From: a virus
Taxonomy: Duplodnaviria > Caudoviricetes
DNA: 38,297 nucleotides
Virus record (IMG/VR): IMGVR_UViG_3300032257_000359
Location: 1-38,297 of that record
Strand: one strand, 5' to 3'
Shown here: positions 1-7,553 of the stretch, piece by piece
Layout of the letters: the number at the start of each line of letters is the position of its first letter
Numbering within the stretch: the first letter of the stretch is position 1
Notes under the pieces: generated by a model
The model's database searches: none
What the model saw: the letters and a program-made list of their open reading frames with translations, nothing else
Told to the model about the DNA's origin: nothing
Program-made: the position numbers and the translations under genes

Positions 1-126
1 GACTTTATTGCGAATTCTCGTGGTGGCCTCAAAAGAAGGCCGCCCACGTTGACCCTTGCCAGCCCGAACCGGGTTGCCGAACAGGTCAAAATCATCACCG
101 CCCAAGAAAAAAATCTCCAGATGAGA
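1..126. repeat. Terminal direct repeat (assembly overlap of a circular/concatemeric genome), copy 1
   Basis: 1-126 is identical to 38154-38279 and contains the 5' end of the terminase small subunit gene. Confidence 0.95.
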
Positions 127-180
127 GAATGCACCGGTCTAGCGGGGAGGGGGGTGTGGAGGATTTGACCCCCTCCCCCC
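106..180 (-). other. Putative cos/packaging-initiation region
   Basis: Non-coding gap between the HNH stop and the TerS start. Minus strand reads GGGGGGAGGGGGTCAAATCC...GACCGG...GATTTTTTT, the G-rich GGGGTCAAA / T-run pattern and position typical of HK97-like HNH-cos-terS junctions. Confidence 0.55.
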
Positions 181-575
181 TACTCCTGCCGTTCGGCTCG
201 TTGCTTGGCACCGTCATGGCACCGCTTGCATAGGCATTGCAGGTTGGCCGGGTTCCAGAACTTGGAATGGTCACCTCGGTGTGGCTGGATGTGGTCTGCC
301 ACCAACTCAGGGGCGCGGCCTTTGATCAGATGCGGTTGGCCAACAGATTTGAGCAGCCGCACATTCGCGGCCATTGCATGCTCCCAACCGCACATCTGGC
401 AGGTGAAATCATCGCGAATTAGCGTCGCCCACCGAAGCCGCTGCCAATCTGCGGTTTTGTATTGAGCGCGATCTGGGCGTTGCGCATCACGAACCCGAGC
501 AGCTGGCGCACTCAAATACCGAACGTCGCGCCCCAAGCGCCGCGTCTTGTCGCGCAACGTCTTGAGACGTGCCAT
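180..575 (-). CDS. HNH endonuclease, HK97 gp74-like terminase accessory
   Basis: W..LR...L.RD.FTCQMCG, VADHIQPHRGD..FW...NLQCLCKRCH motif; lies directly before cos/terS; start trimmed to ATG at 575. Confidence 0.9.
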   Translation of the reverse strand: MARLKTLRDKTRRLGRDVRYLSAPAARVRDAQRPDRAQYKTADWQRLRWATLIRDDFTCQMCGWEHAMAANVRLLKSVGQPHLIKGRAPELVADHIQPHRGDHSKFWNPANLQCLCKRCHDGAKQRAERQE

Positions 576-589
576 CAAAACCGCCTCGC

Positions 590-628
590 AATAAAGGAAG
601 CGCCCGCATGGACACATCCACCGGGCGC
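590..628 (-). terminator. Putative intrinsic terminator (tR'-like) in the late leader
   Basis: Minus strand GCGCCCG-GTGGATGTGTCCATG-CGGGCGC stem (inner TGGA/TCCA pairing) followed by TTCCTTTATT. Confidence 0.6.
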
Positions 629-641
629 AATGAGGGCGTGT

Positions 642-725
642 CGCTCGGGACCTATGAACCCGAGCGGAACCGACCACCCGCTCGGGCCACGGGCGTCGTT
701 GGACGCAGGGTCACCGGCATAGGTC
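642..725 (-). ncRNA. Structured late-leader RNA (candidate antitermination element)
   Basis: Helix 649-656/718-725 encloses hairpins 659-667/678-686 and 693-697/702-706; alternative pairing 642-649/659-666 is possible. Confidence 0.5.
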
Positions 726-737
726 TCTTGAGGGCTG

Positions 738-767
738 ACCCTAAAATCAAGAAGCGCGGGCTGTCAA
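738..767 (-). promoter_or_regulatory. Putative sigma70 late promoter (pR'-like)
   Basis: Consensus TTGACA (767-762) overlapping the nusG-like stop, 18-bp spacer, TAGGGT (743-738; TAnnnT pattern). Confidence 0.55.
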
Positions 768-1375
768 TCCTGTTTCTTTATCGTGATCAAATCGTCGGCG
801 CTGGTTTTTGCCAGCACATCGCCGCCGAACAGCGCCACGCGCACGACCACTCCGCCATCCGCCTTGAGGCCCACAACCTCGCACCGCATCTCGGAAAACA
901 CCCCCGCGCTGAACATCGCAGCATCACCGGGGCGCAAGCTCACGCGGCGACGACGCTTGGCATCACGCCGCGCGACGGCGGCGGCTTCGTCCACTTTTCG
1001 CATCGCGTGAATTGCCTGCAGATCGCGCGGATCCAGAACACCCCAAGCGCCACCCGACAGGGCCAACGCGCCAATTACGAACGGGCAGGCCATGACTTTG
1101 TGAACCACGGGCGCGCCGGGGAAACGTGCGAACACATATCCGGGCAAGTAACGCCGATGATACTCTCGCACGCGGCCCTTGATCACGCTGCGCCGTTTGG
1201 TGACCGGGTGGAACGCATAAACGCCGCGACGAGCCAGCCACGCCTCGGCCTGTTCCTCACGCTGCGCGGCAACACGCAATGCGAACCAGCGCGGCACCCC
1301 ATCAGTGAAAATCGCGGTGTCAGTTACGGGCGATGCTACGCGGTCACCAACCTGCAGGTCCAGAAACCCGGTCAT
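764..1375 (-). CDS. NusG-family transcription antiterminator (phage paralogue, in Q position)
   Basis: NGN domain WFALRV...EEQAEAWL..RG..AF.P...RRYLPGYVFARF and C-terminal KOW-like LRPGD......GVF; ATGA overlap with upstream gene at 1372-1375. Confidence 0.85.
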   Translation of the reverse strand: MTGFLDLQVGDRVASPVTDTAIFTDGVPRWFALRVAAQREEQAEAWLARRGVYAFHPVTKRRSVIKGRVREYHRRYLPGYVFARFPGAPVVHKVMACPFVIGALALSGGAWGVLDPRDLQAIHAMRKVDEAAAVARRDAKRRRRVSLRPGDAAMFSAGVFSEMRCEVVGLKADGGVVVRVALFGGDVLAKTSADDLITIKKQD

Positions 1376-1953
1376 GATGAACCCGAACGACCAAGACTGG
1401 CGATATGCCGGCACCTGGCAACCGCAGCCTCGCGCATCGTCAGCCATCTGATTTCCTCGTCACTCAGATGATCGCCCCGATCCCGGCGCAAGGCAAAGTC
1501 CTCGGCCCGACGCAGCGCCCGTCCGGCATCCTCGCGGATTTTTTTCTGAACGAACCCGCCGGGGAACTTGCGTTCGCGGCGCGCCCAGACCAGCAACTCC
1601 GGACCCCAACCCTGCGCAATGGCGTCCTGCCCGATGCCATGCGCGAACAGCGCGCGCAGGAACGGCGACGCGTCATCACCGGGCGGCTGGATTTTACCTG
1701 CCCAGCCCAACACCTGCGCCGCAATAGGCCAGCGGTTTGCATCCTTGCCAACTGGATTGACCGAGATCGTTTCTGCCAAAGCGGCAAGATTTAACTCGGT
1801 CATATACGCCAGTTTTTTGCACAGTTCTGCGACCATCGCATCGAACTGATCTCGAGCCATCCCAGAGGGTCGCAACAGACCCGCCGCGAAACACGGTTCG
1901 ATCAAAAACGCCTTCACACGCGCCTCACCCGCTTTTTGTTGCTCAGCGTCCAT
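1372..1953 (-). CDS. Hypothetical phage protein downstream of replication initiator
   Basis: ORF MDAEQQKAGEARVKAFLIEP... overlapping its neighbours at both ends in the operon. Confidence 0.7.
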   Translation of the reverse strand: MDAEQQKAGEARVKAFLIEPCFAAGLLRPSGMARDQFDAMVAELCKKLAYMTELNLAALAETISVNPVGKDANRWPIAAQVLGWAGKIQPPGDDASPFLRALFAHGIGQDAIAQGWGPELLVWARRERKFPGGFVQKKIREDAGRALRRAEDFALRRDRGDHLSDEEIRWLTMREAAVARCRHIASLGRSGSS

Positions 1954-2596
1954 TCTGTTGCCCTCTCTCAGCAAATCCCAACCTTTCAGCCGTCGCTTGG
2001 TCAATCATGGCTTCAGCCATCAAACAGTCAGCGATCCGAGGCTTGATCCCACCCAGAACCGGGTTACCGCCTTCATTGATGAAATCAGCCAACCGTCGAG
2101 CATGAAACCGCTCGTCATCGGTGAAAAACGGGCGCTGACCTCGCGCACGCAGGTTCTTTACTGGTTCCCTTACAGGGTTTATGTCCAGATTCTGGACACG
2201 GCTTTTGCCTTTTTTTGGACACGGCTTTTGCTTTTTTCTGGACACGGCTCCATGTCCAGAATCTGGACACGGCTTTTGCGGTAAATCGACCCCGTCGGCA
2301 CCCGCCTCAGGGGCCTCAAACCCGACACTAAACGGGAACAAATACAGCGTGGTTTTCTTGCGCTGACGGGCTTTGTCACTGCGCTGAATGCGCCGGATCA
2401 AGCCGCGATCCTCCAACTCCTTGAGGTGGGTGTTCAGGCTGCTGCGCGACATTTCACAATCATCGGCCAGCGTTTCCTGCGACGGAAAACAGCCGTGGTC
2501 GGGGTGGTGGCGGTCGCACAGATGCCACAGCACAAGCTTGGTGGCAGGCTTTAGCCCGCGCTGCTCGATGGCCCAGTTCGTGGCTTTGTGGCTCAT
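1943..2596 (-). CDS. Replication initiator (lambda O-like, N-terminal winged HTH)
   Basis: MSHKATNWA...KLVLWHLCD......CFPSQETLADDCEMSRSSLNTHLKELE..GLI is the HTH_36-type N-terminus; internal iterons; ATGA overlap at 2593-2596. Confidence 0.85.
   Translation of the reverse strand: MSHKATNWAIEQRGLKPATKLVLWHLCDRHHPDHGCFPSQETLADDCEMSRSSLNTHLKELEDRGLIRRIQRSDKARQRKKTTLYLFPFSVGFEAPEAGADGVDLPQKPCPDSGHGAVSRKKQKPCPKKGKSRVQNLDINPVREPVKNLRARGQRPFFTDDERFHARRLADFINEGGNPVLGGIKPRIADCLMAEAMIDQATAERLGFAERGQQNGR
2182..2279. repeat. Iteron array, putative replication origin
   Basis: TGGACACGGCT at 2193, 2216, 2239, 2264 (spacing 23, 23, 25), with T-tracts following or between copies; first and last copies form TGTCCAGA-N-TCTGGACA palindromes. 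Confidence 0.8.
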
Positions 2597-3006
2597 GACT
2601 GACCCCCTTTGGCGGCACGGATTCGCGCCTCGCGGCTGCGTTTCCACTCGGTCTGCGCCTCGCCCAGAAACCGACGTGCAGCGGCGCACAGCGCGCGGCG
2701 TGCGGCGGCTTCGGGGTCATGGCTGGCGGTGCTGGCCCGCGTGTATTTGCCCAGACGGTGCGCCAGAATGGCGGGCGCGATCCGGTGGCCGATCAGGCGA
2801 AACTCGGCAGCATCCGCCACCCGGCAGGCGGCGCAGCAATAGGTCTGCCAGGCGCGCGCCGGGGCGAATTGCCGCGAGCAGGCCGGGTTGAGGCACTGCC
2901 CCACCGGCACCAAGGGCGAGGCGGCCAATTCGGCAAAGGCCACGGTCGCGAAAGGCTCAATATCAAAATGCGTTGCCGTTGCATTTACGGGTGCATTACT
3001 GGTCAT
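2593..3006 (-). CDS. Hypothetical protein with Cys zinc-finger motif
   Basis: CLNPAC...F......QTYCC..CR motif; operon-coupled. Confidence 0.7.
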   Translation of the reverse strand: MTSNAPVNATATHFDIEPFATVAFAELAASPLVPVGQCLNPACSRQFAPARAWQTYCCAACRVADAAEFRLIGHRIAPAILAHRLGKYTRASTASHDPEAAARRALCAAARRFLGEAQTEWKRSREARIRAAKGGQS

Positions 3007-3793
3007 CTATAGGCCCCTGATCGGCACATGCGCCCTCAGGCGGGCACTGCGCGCCCTCTGGCCCAACAACGATGTAATCGTGGCTCCGAATGCCGAAATC
3101 CGGCGACCCGACCCAGCCACCCTTGCGCCAATGCGGATACTTCGGGTTTGGGTGGTTGATGGCATGCGCGCGCCGGTAATGCCACGCAACGCCACGCTGA
3201 CCATCGCCTGCGCTACCGCTGCCAGCAGTGGCTCTCGCACGGCCCAGCCGGATCTCGACCCACTTATGGACCGGGCGTCCAGCCCGCAGCGCAGCGCGGC
3301 CTTGCTGCCGGGATCCCCTCCGGTCGACACAGTGTGTAAACCCGCCCGGCGTTTGCATCGCCTCAATAGTGAAATATACCCACCGGATTGCCCGCGACAT
3401 GGCGCGCTGCTCGGCCTCAGAACCTGAACCCGCCAAAGAAACAAACCCGTTCCGTCCAATATTGGATTGGTAGATGTATGGGCTTCCGTCATCGCGCGTT
3501 CGGACAACCACCACGGTGTAGGCGGATCCAGACCTGAGGACGCTGGGCTTGTTCGAAATAATGACTGCGTCGCTTGGCGACATTTCAAGCCATGTCGATC
3601 GGGCCGGAATTTCCACTTCCAAAAGTTGACCAAGGATGTCTTGAGTCGGCGTATCGACAGAATTGCGGATCTCATACACACGCTGCAGCGGCGATGCGTC
3701 AAAATATTGACACCCCGCCAACAACTCTCGGATGTGGGAAATTTCCGCGCGCGGCAGGGGCGCGTTCAAGAGTTTCTCTGCAAGTGGCCTCAT
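2996..3793 (-). CDS. Hypothetical phage protein with C-terminal H-x-R-R-x-H motif
   Basis: 265-aa ORF, ATGA-coupled to the methyltransferase stop; WHYRRAH...W....WVG near the C-terminus. Confidence 0.65.
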   Translation of the reverse strand: MRPLAEKLLNAPLPRAEISHIRELLAGCQYFDASPLQRVYEIRNSVDTPTQDILGQLLEVEIPARSTWLEMSPSDAVIISNKPSVLRSGSAYTVVVVRTRDDGSPYIYQSNIGRNGFVSLAGSGSEAEQRAMSRAIRWVYFTIEAMQTPGGFTHCVDRRGSRQQGRAALRAGRPVHKWVEIRLGRARATAGSGSAGDGQRGVAWHYRRAHAINHPNPKYPHWRKGGWVGSPDFGIRSHDYIVVGPEGAQCPPEGACADQGPIDDQ

Positions 3794-4542
3794 AATCCCG
3801 CCCCCGCTGCGCGATAGGTGTCGCCCGCATCGACCAGCGCGGCCAGAGGATCGGCCAGAGCATCAGGCAACGGCTCAGCCGCCGGATAGTCGCCCGCGCG
3901 TTCAAGCGCCGCGCGGCACGGCGCGATCCAATGAAACCGCGTTCCGGCGTATCGCTCACCGCCACTGAACACGATCCAACAATAGGCCGTGGCCGTGCTG
4001 CCCTCAGGGGCCAAGCGCCCCTTGTGCATCACCACCCGCTCCGAGAATTGCAGAATGTCGCACGGCGGGCTGACCGAGAACAGGCGCTGAAACCGTCCCT
4101 GCCCCTCAAGGAAGGCCGAGCGCAGGATGAATGCACAGCCGACGCGACTGGTGCGCAAAGCCCGCTCGATGAATTGCTCTGCCAGTCGAAACGGCGGGTT
4201 TGTTATTGTCCAATCGACAGGCTCAGGGTCAGGGCCAAACAGGTAATCTCGCTGCGCAAACCCGGTGCCATAGTCGTGGACATCGGCAGCCTCGACATGG
4301 CCGAAATACTCGGACAGCGGGCGCACCATGTGACCGCGATTGGCGGCGGGCTCACGGCAGGTTAGATGCCGTGTTGACGTTGCATGGCGCGGCGAATCCG
4401 GGTTGAGGAACGCCATGAACGGGCCTTGCAGCCACGCGCACAGCGCCCGCGTCGCCCAGGGCGGCGTCGGAAAGTCATCGAGGCTTTTGTGCGGTTCCGA
4501 TCGCTGCTGCATGACTGCGCTGCTGGTGTTCTGTCCCATCAC
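3790..4542 (-). CDS. Orphan SAM-dependent amino (N6A/N4C) DNA methyltransferase
   Basis: DDFPTPPW, motif I-like EPAANRGHM, DVHDYG, catalytic motif IV ITNPPF. Confidence 0.85.
   Translation of the reverse strand: MMGQNTSSAVMQQRSEPHKSLDDFPTPPWATRALCAWLQGPFMAFLNPDSPRHATSTRHLTCREPAANRGHMVRPLSEYFGHVEAADVHDYGTGFAQRDYLFGPDPEPVDWTITNPPFRLAEQFIERALRTSRVGCAFILRSAFLEGQGRFQRLFSVSPPCDILQFSERVVMHKGRLAPEGSTATAYCWIVFSGGERYAGTRFHWIAPCRAALERAGDYPAAEPLPDALADPLAALVDAGDTYRAAGAGL
3797..3840. repeat. 44-bp direct repeat, copy A (3' end of methyltransferase gene)
   Basis: 42/44 identical to 4543-4586. Confidence 0.9.
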
Positions 4543-5312
4543 CCCGCCCCCGCCACGCGATAGGTGTCGCCCGCATCGACCAGCGCTGCGATCTGCGCTG
4601 CGATATCAGGCACAACGCGCAGCCTGTGCCAGCGGCACTGGACATCCGTGCACCCGCGCCCGAGTTGCGCGGCGATCTTTGAGAAATGCCAACCCGCCGC
4701 GCGGGCCTCCAACAGCGCCAGATCATCAGCAGGCGACCAGCGCGGATTGGCAAACATGCCCAAGACATTTGCCTGTCGCTCAGAAGCTGCGCCCTGCCGC
4801 ACCGTCACCACACGGCGGCGCGGCGCGGGCGGTGCCGCCTTTCGCCGCTCTTTGGCCACCCGCTGCGAGATAGCTGGCGCGCTAACCCCCAGTGCCGCCG
4901 CCGCCGCCTTTTGCGATTGATACTCCACACCGCCCACGGTCACCGCCCGCCAACGCGAATCGGGCTCACGCGGCGCTGGCGGAACGGTCTTTGTGAATTT
5001 CCGCCATCCGCGCCAACGCACACTGTCACTGGCCACCCGCGTCGCGACGGCTGGGGCACTGAGACCAAGGCCTCGCCCCGCTGCGGCCAGAGACGGATAG
5101 GCAACGCCTTCCACCTCAATGACCGTGACCACCCGATTGCTGTCGCGCGCAGCACGACGCTTAGCACGCCGCGCAGCCGCACGGCGCACAGCCGCCTCCC
5201 CCCGCATGCGCAATGAAATTGCAGCGCGCGTGACCCCCAGCGCCTCGGCGGCGGCGGCATATGACGGATAGTCAACGCCATCAAATCTGCATGGCTTCGC
5301 GCAACCGCTCAT
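4539..5312 (-). CDS. Multi-HTH DNA-binding protein (three NUMOD1-like repeats plus Myb-like C-terminal domain)
   Basis: Three GVxYxSxxAAxxxLGxSxxAI/V-type repeats; C-terminal RWSPADDLALL......WHFSKIAAQLGR....VQCRW. Confidence 0.7.
   Translation of the reverse strand: MSGCAKPCRFDGVDYPSYAAAAEALGVTRAAISLRMRGEAAVRRAAARRAKRRAARDSNRVVTVIEVEGVAYPSLAAAGRGLGLSAPAVATRVASDSVRWRGWRKFTKTVPPAPREPDSRWRAVTVGGVEYQSQKAAAAALGVSAPAISQRVAKERRKAAPPAPRRRVVTVRQGAASERQANVLGMFANPRWSPADDLALLEARAAGWHFSKIAAQLGRGCTDVQCRWHRLRVVPDIAAQIAALVDAGDTYRVAGAG
4543..4586. repeat. 44-bp direct repeat, copy B (3' end of multi-HTH gene)
   Basis: 42/44 identical to 3797-3840; both encode ALVDAGDTYR(A/V)AGA. Confidence 0.9.
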
Positions 5313-5818
5313 GCGACACCACCTGACACCAGCGCGCCCGAGTCCACCTGAAAAACCGACCGACCGGCGGTCAGTGCCGCGCGCAGTTCGCGCCAGACGC
5401 CATCACTCTCGGCCCAGCCAGGGATCGGCGGCACGACGACCGCGCGACACGCCTGCAACAAAGGCGCGCACCAACAGGTCCAGAATTTCTGATCCAGAGG
5501 ATCGAGGATCGGCGGCGAATCGCCGTGCACCATTTCGACCGCTTGAATGATCGGCGACACCGCCGTCACGCCGACCGCCGCCAGGCGACGCGACCAGCGC
5601 GCGGCATAGGTCGCCGCCACCAACCCACGCCCGAAATCATAGTGGCCATCCGCACCGACCACCAACTTGGTGAACGGCGACGCCAGATACACCAACCGAC
5701 CCCGGCAACGTATCGCGACGGTATCCAGATCGGTCTGCGGAAAGAACAACGACGCATCGGCATAGTGCCCCAGCACAGGATGCGTCCAATCGCGGCGGGT
5801 AGGAAAAAAGTCGCTCAT
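5309..5818 (-). CDS. DUF1937-like protein (nucleoside deoxyribosyltransferase-like fold)
   Basis: LVYLASPFT, AVSPI, W...C.PLL..C..VVV..IPGWAESDGV.RE motifs. Confidence 0.75.
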   Translation of the reverse strand: MSDFFPTRRDWTHPVLGHYADASLFFPQTDLDTVAIRCRGRLVYLASPFTKLVVGADGHYDFGRGLVAATYAARWSRRLAAVGVTAVSPIIQAVEMVHGDSPPILDPLDQKFWTCWCAPLLQACRAVVVPPIPGWAESDGVWRELRAALTAGRSVFQVDSGALVSGGVA

Positions 5819-5907
5819 GCGGCCACCTGCGCGACAAATGCCATCAGCCCAAGGACCACCGAAAACAGCATCAAGAAGGCCATGCCGTGCAAGACAATCT
5901 CAATCAT
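5815..5907 (-). CDS. Small hydrophobic protein (30 aa)
   Basis: MIEIVLHGMAFLMLFSVVLGLMAFVAQVAA; ATGA overlaps at both ends; not in the ORF track. Confidence 0.6.
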   Translation of the reverse strand: MIEIVLHGMAFLMLFSVVLGLMAFVAQVAA

Positions 5908-6359
5908 TCCCCGCCCCCTTCACAAATTTCAGACCGTGCCACCAGACGCGCCCGCGCGATGCGCAGCGCCTCGATCGCTTCGTCAATTTCCACAATAGCC
6001 TGCGCCTCATCCGCCGCACTGGCCGAGGCCTGCGCCGACAGGATCGCGGCCACAGCCTCACCGGTTTCGCGCGCAATGCTCGCCCCGTCACTCAGCAACG
6101 AACCGACCGAACTCACGACATCACCCGACATGCGCCGCGCCAACAACCGCGACACCGGGAACCGCCCGGCAGCGTCTTCCAGCGCGATGACATCGGGCAG
6201 GGTCCAATCCAACAGACCGGCGATTTTCTTGGAAATTGTCCCCTTGGAACAGCCACCACCCCAGCGCGCCGAGATCGTCTCGGCAACCGCATCGAAACAG
6301 CCAAACGACTGCACCAACGCCGCCATTGCGGCGCGGGTGGTGCGACTGGAATCAGACAT
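5904..6359 (-). CDS. CII-like transcriptional regulator
   Basis: Lies after cro; ALV..FG..DAVA........SKGTISK........LPDVIALE.AAG..PVSR.LA pattern of phage CII-family proteins. Confidence 0.6.
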   Translation of the reverse strand: MSDSSRTTRAAMAALVQSFGCFDAVAETISARWGGGCSKGTISKKIAGLLDWTLPDVIALEDAAGRFPVSRLLARRMSGDVVSSVGSLLSDGASIARETGEAVAAILSAQASASAADEAQAIVEIDEAIEALRIARARLVARSEICEGGGE

Positions 6360-6453
6360 GGGCAACCTCGACACGCACGGCAGAGTTGAAGTATCGGTCA
6401 ACCCCCGGCAGACTTGGCGCGGTCACGCATCCGCCAAGCGAAAGCCGAATCAA

Positions 6454-7467
6454 ATGAGATTTCTTCTGAGACTGTTCAGGCCAAAACCGCTGTCCAGCGA
6501 CCGTTCGCCACCCCCATTGAATAGTCCGCCCACGCGACCTGCGGAGAGCGCGACCAATCCCGTTCCCGAAACGGTCTCGCCGCGCAACTCGGGGAGCAAG
6601 TTTGACCTTCTCAGTCTCGACGTCAGGTTCATCGCAATCGACGTTGAGACCGCAAATGAAGACACCTCGAGCATCTGCCAGATCGGGATCGCGGCGGTTG
6701 GCCACGACAACAAGATCGTCACACTGTGCTTCATGGTGAATCCAGAAGCCGATTTCGCCGACTTCAACATCGAACTGCACGGCATTGACGAGACTACGGT
6801 CGCGCACGAGCCAAATCTTCCCGAGGTCCTCGAAACACTCCGACCACTCCTTGAGCGGTTTCCCCTGGTGCAGCACAGCAATTTCGACAAGCAGGCGTTG
6901 GACGCGGCCTGTGCGCGCTATGGCATTCCGCCCCTCTCGGCCACATGGCACGACAGCGTGACAATCGCCCGCCGCGCATGGCCCGAGCTGACCGGCAACG
7001 GCGGCCACGGGCTCGCGAACCTCAAGATTGTTCTGAATCTCGACTTCCAGCACCACGACGCCGAGGACGATGCCAAGGCGGCTGCCCAAATCGTTCTTCG
7101 CGCCGAACAGCTCACGGCGCAGGGCTTCGATGATCTGTCCCAGCGCAAACCGAAATCCAGCTACCCCGCACATGTCAAGATCGAGGGGAATGAAAGCGGT
7201 CCGCTGCACGGCGAAATCGCCTGCATCACTGGAAAGTTGACCATGTCGCGCATTGAGGCCGCCGCCATCGCCGCCGAGGCGGGGATCACGATCAAGGCCA
7301 GCATCTCCGCCAAGGTCACGCTTTTGGTGGTCGGCGATCAGGATCTTGCGCTGCTGGCCGGGCACAGCAAAAGCTCGAAGCATCGCCGCGCCGAAGAGAT
7401 GATCGCCAAGGGCCACAAGATACGGATAATCGGCGAGACCGAATTCATGGCGCTGGTCAAAGCCTGA
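6454..7467 (+). CDS. DEDDh 3'-5' exonuclease (DNA Pol III epsilon-like) with C-terminal BRCT domain; moron
   Basis: ExoI AIDVETAN, ExoII HSNFD, ExoIII HHDAEDDA; BRCT LHGEIACITGKL.MSR.EA...VTLLVVG..SSKHRRAE...IRIIGETEF; opposite strand to flanking cro/cII. Confidence 0.9.
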   Translation: MRFLLRLFRPKPLSSDRSPPPLNSPPTRPAESATNPVPETVSPRNSGSKFDLLSLDVRFIAIDVETANEDTSSICQIGIAAVGHDNKIVTLCFMVNPEADFADFNIELHGIDETTVAHEPNLPEVLETLRPLLERFPLVQHSNFDKQALDAACARYGIPPLSATWHDSVTIARRAWPELTGNGGHGLANLKIVLNLDFQHHDAEDDAKAAAQIVLRAEQLTAQGFDDLSQRKPKSSYPAHVKIEGNESGPLHGEIACITGKLTMSRIEAAAIAAEAGITIKASISAKVTLLVVGDQDLALLAGHSKSSKHRRAEEMIAKGHKIRIIGETEFMALVKA

Positions 7468-7553
7468 ATCCAGCGCGTCCGTGGCGGAAACCCTGTTTCC
7501 TTGGCGGGACAGAATCTCGGCGCAATAGTCGCGGGATGAAACTGCGCCACCAT

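Noticed and set aside
642-742. Possible HDV-like/theta or hammerhead ribozyme in the late leader (pseudoknot-like pairings)
   Set aside because: No room for P3/L3 between the candidate P2 and P1 strands, no CUGAnGA/GAAA core, and one strand overlaps the predicted -10 so is probably not transcribed
569-1471. 300-aa plus-strand ORF
   Set aside because: Antisense shadow of the nusG-like gene and leader; no motifs, no SD, GC-rich DNA
2182-2279. CRISPR-like repeat-spacer pattern
   Set aside because: Repeats are 11-16 bp with short T-rich gaps inside a coding gene; no cas genes; fits iterons
5887-6453. N-terminal extension making the exonuclease 526 aa
   Set aside because: The extension is antisense to the cII-like gene; the recognisable protein begins at ATG 6454
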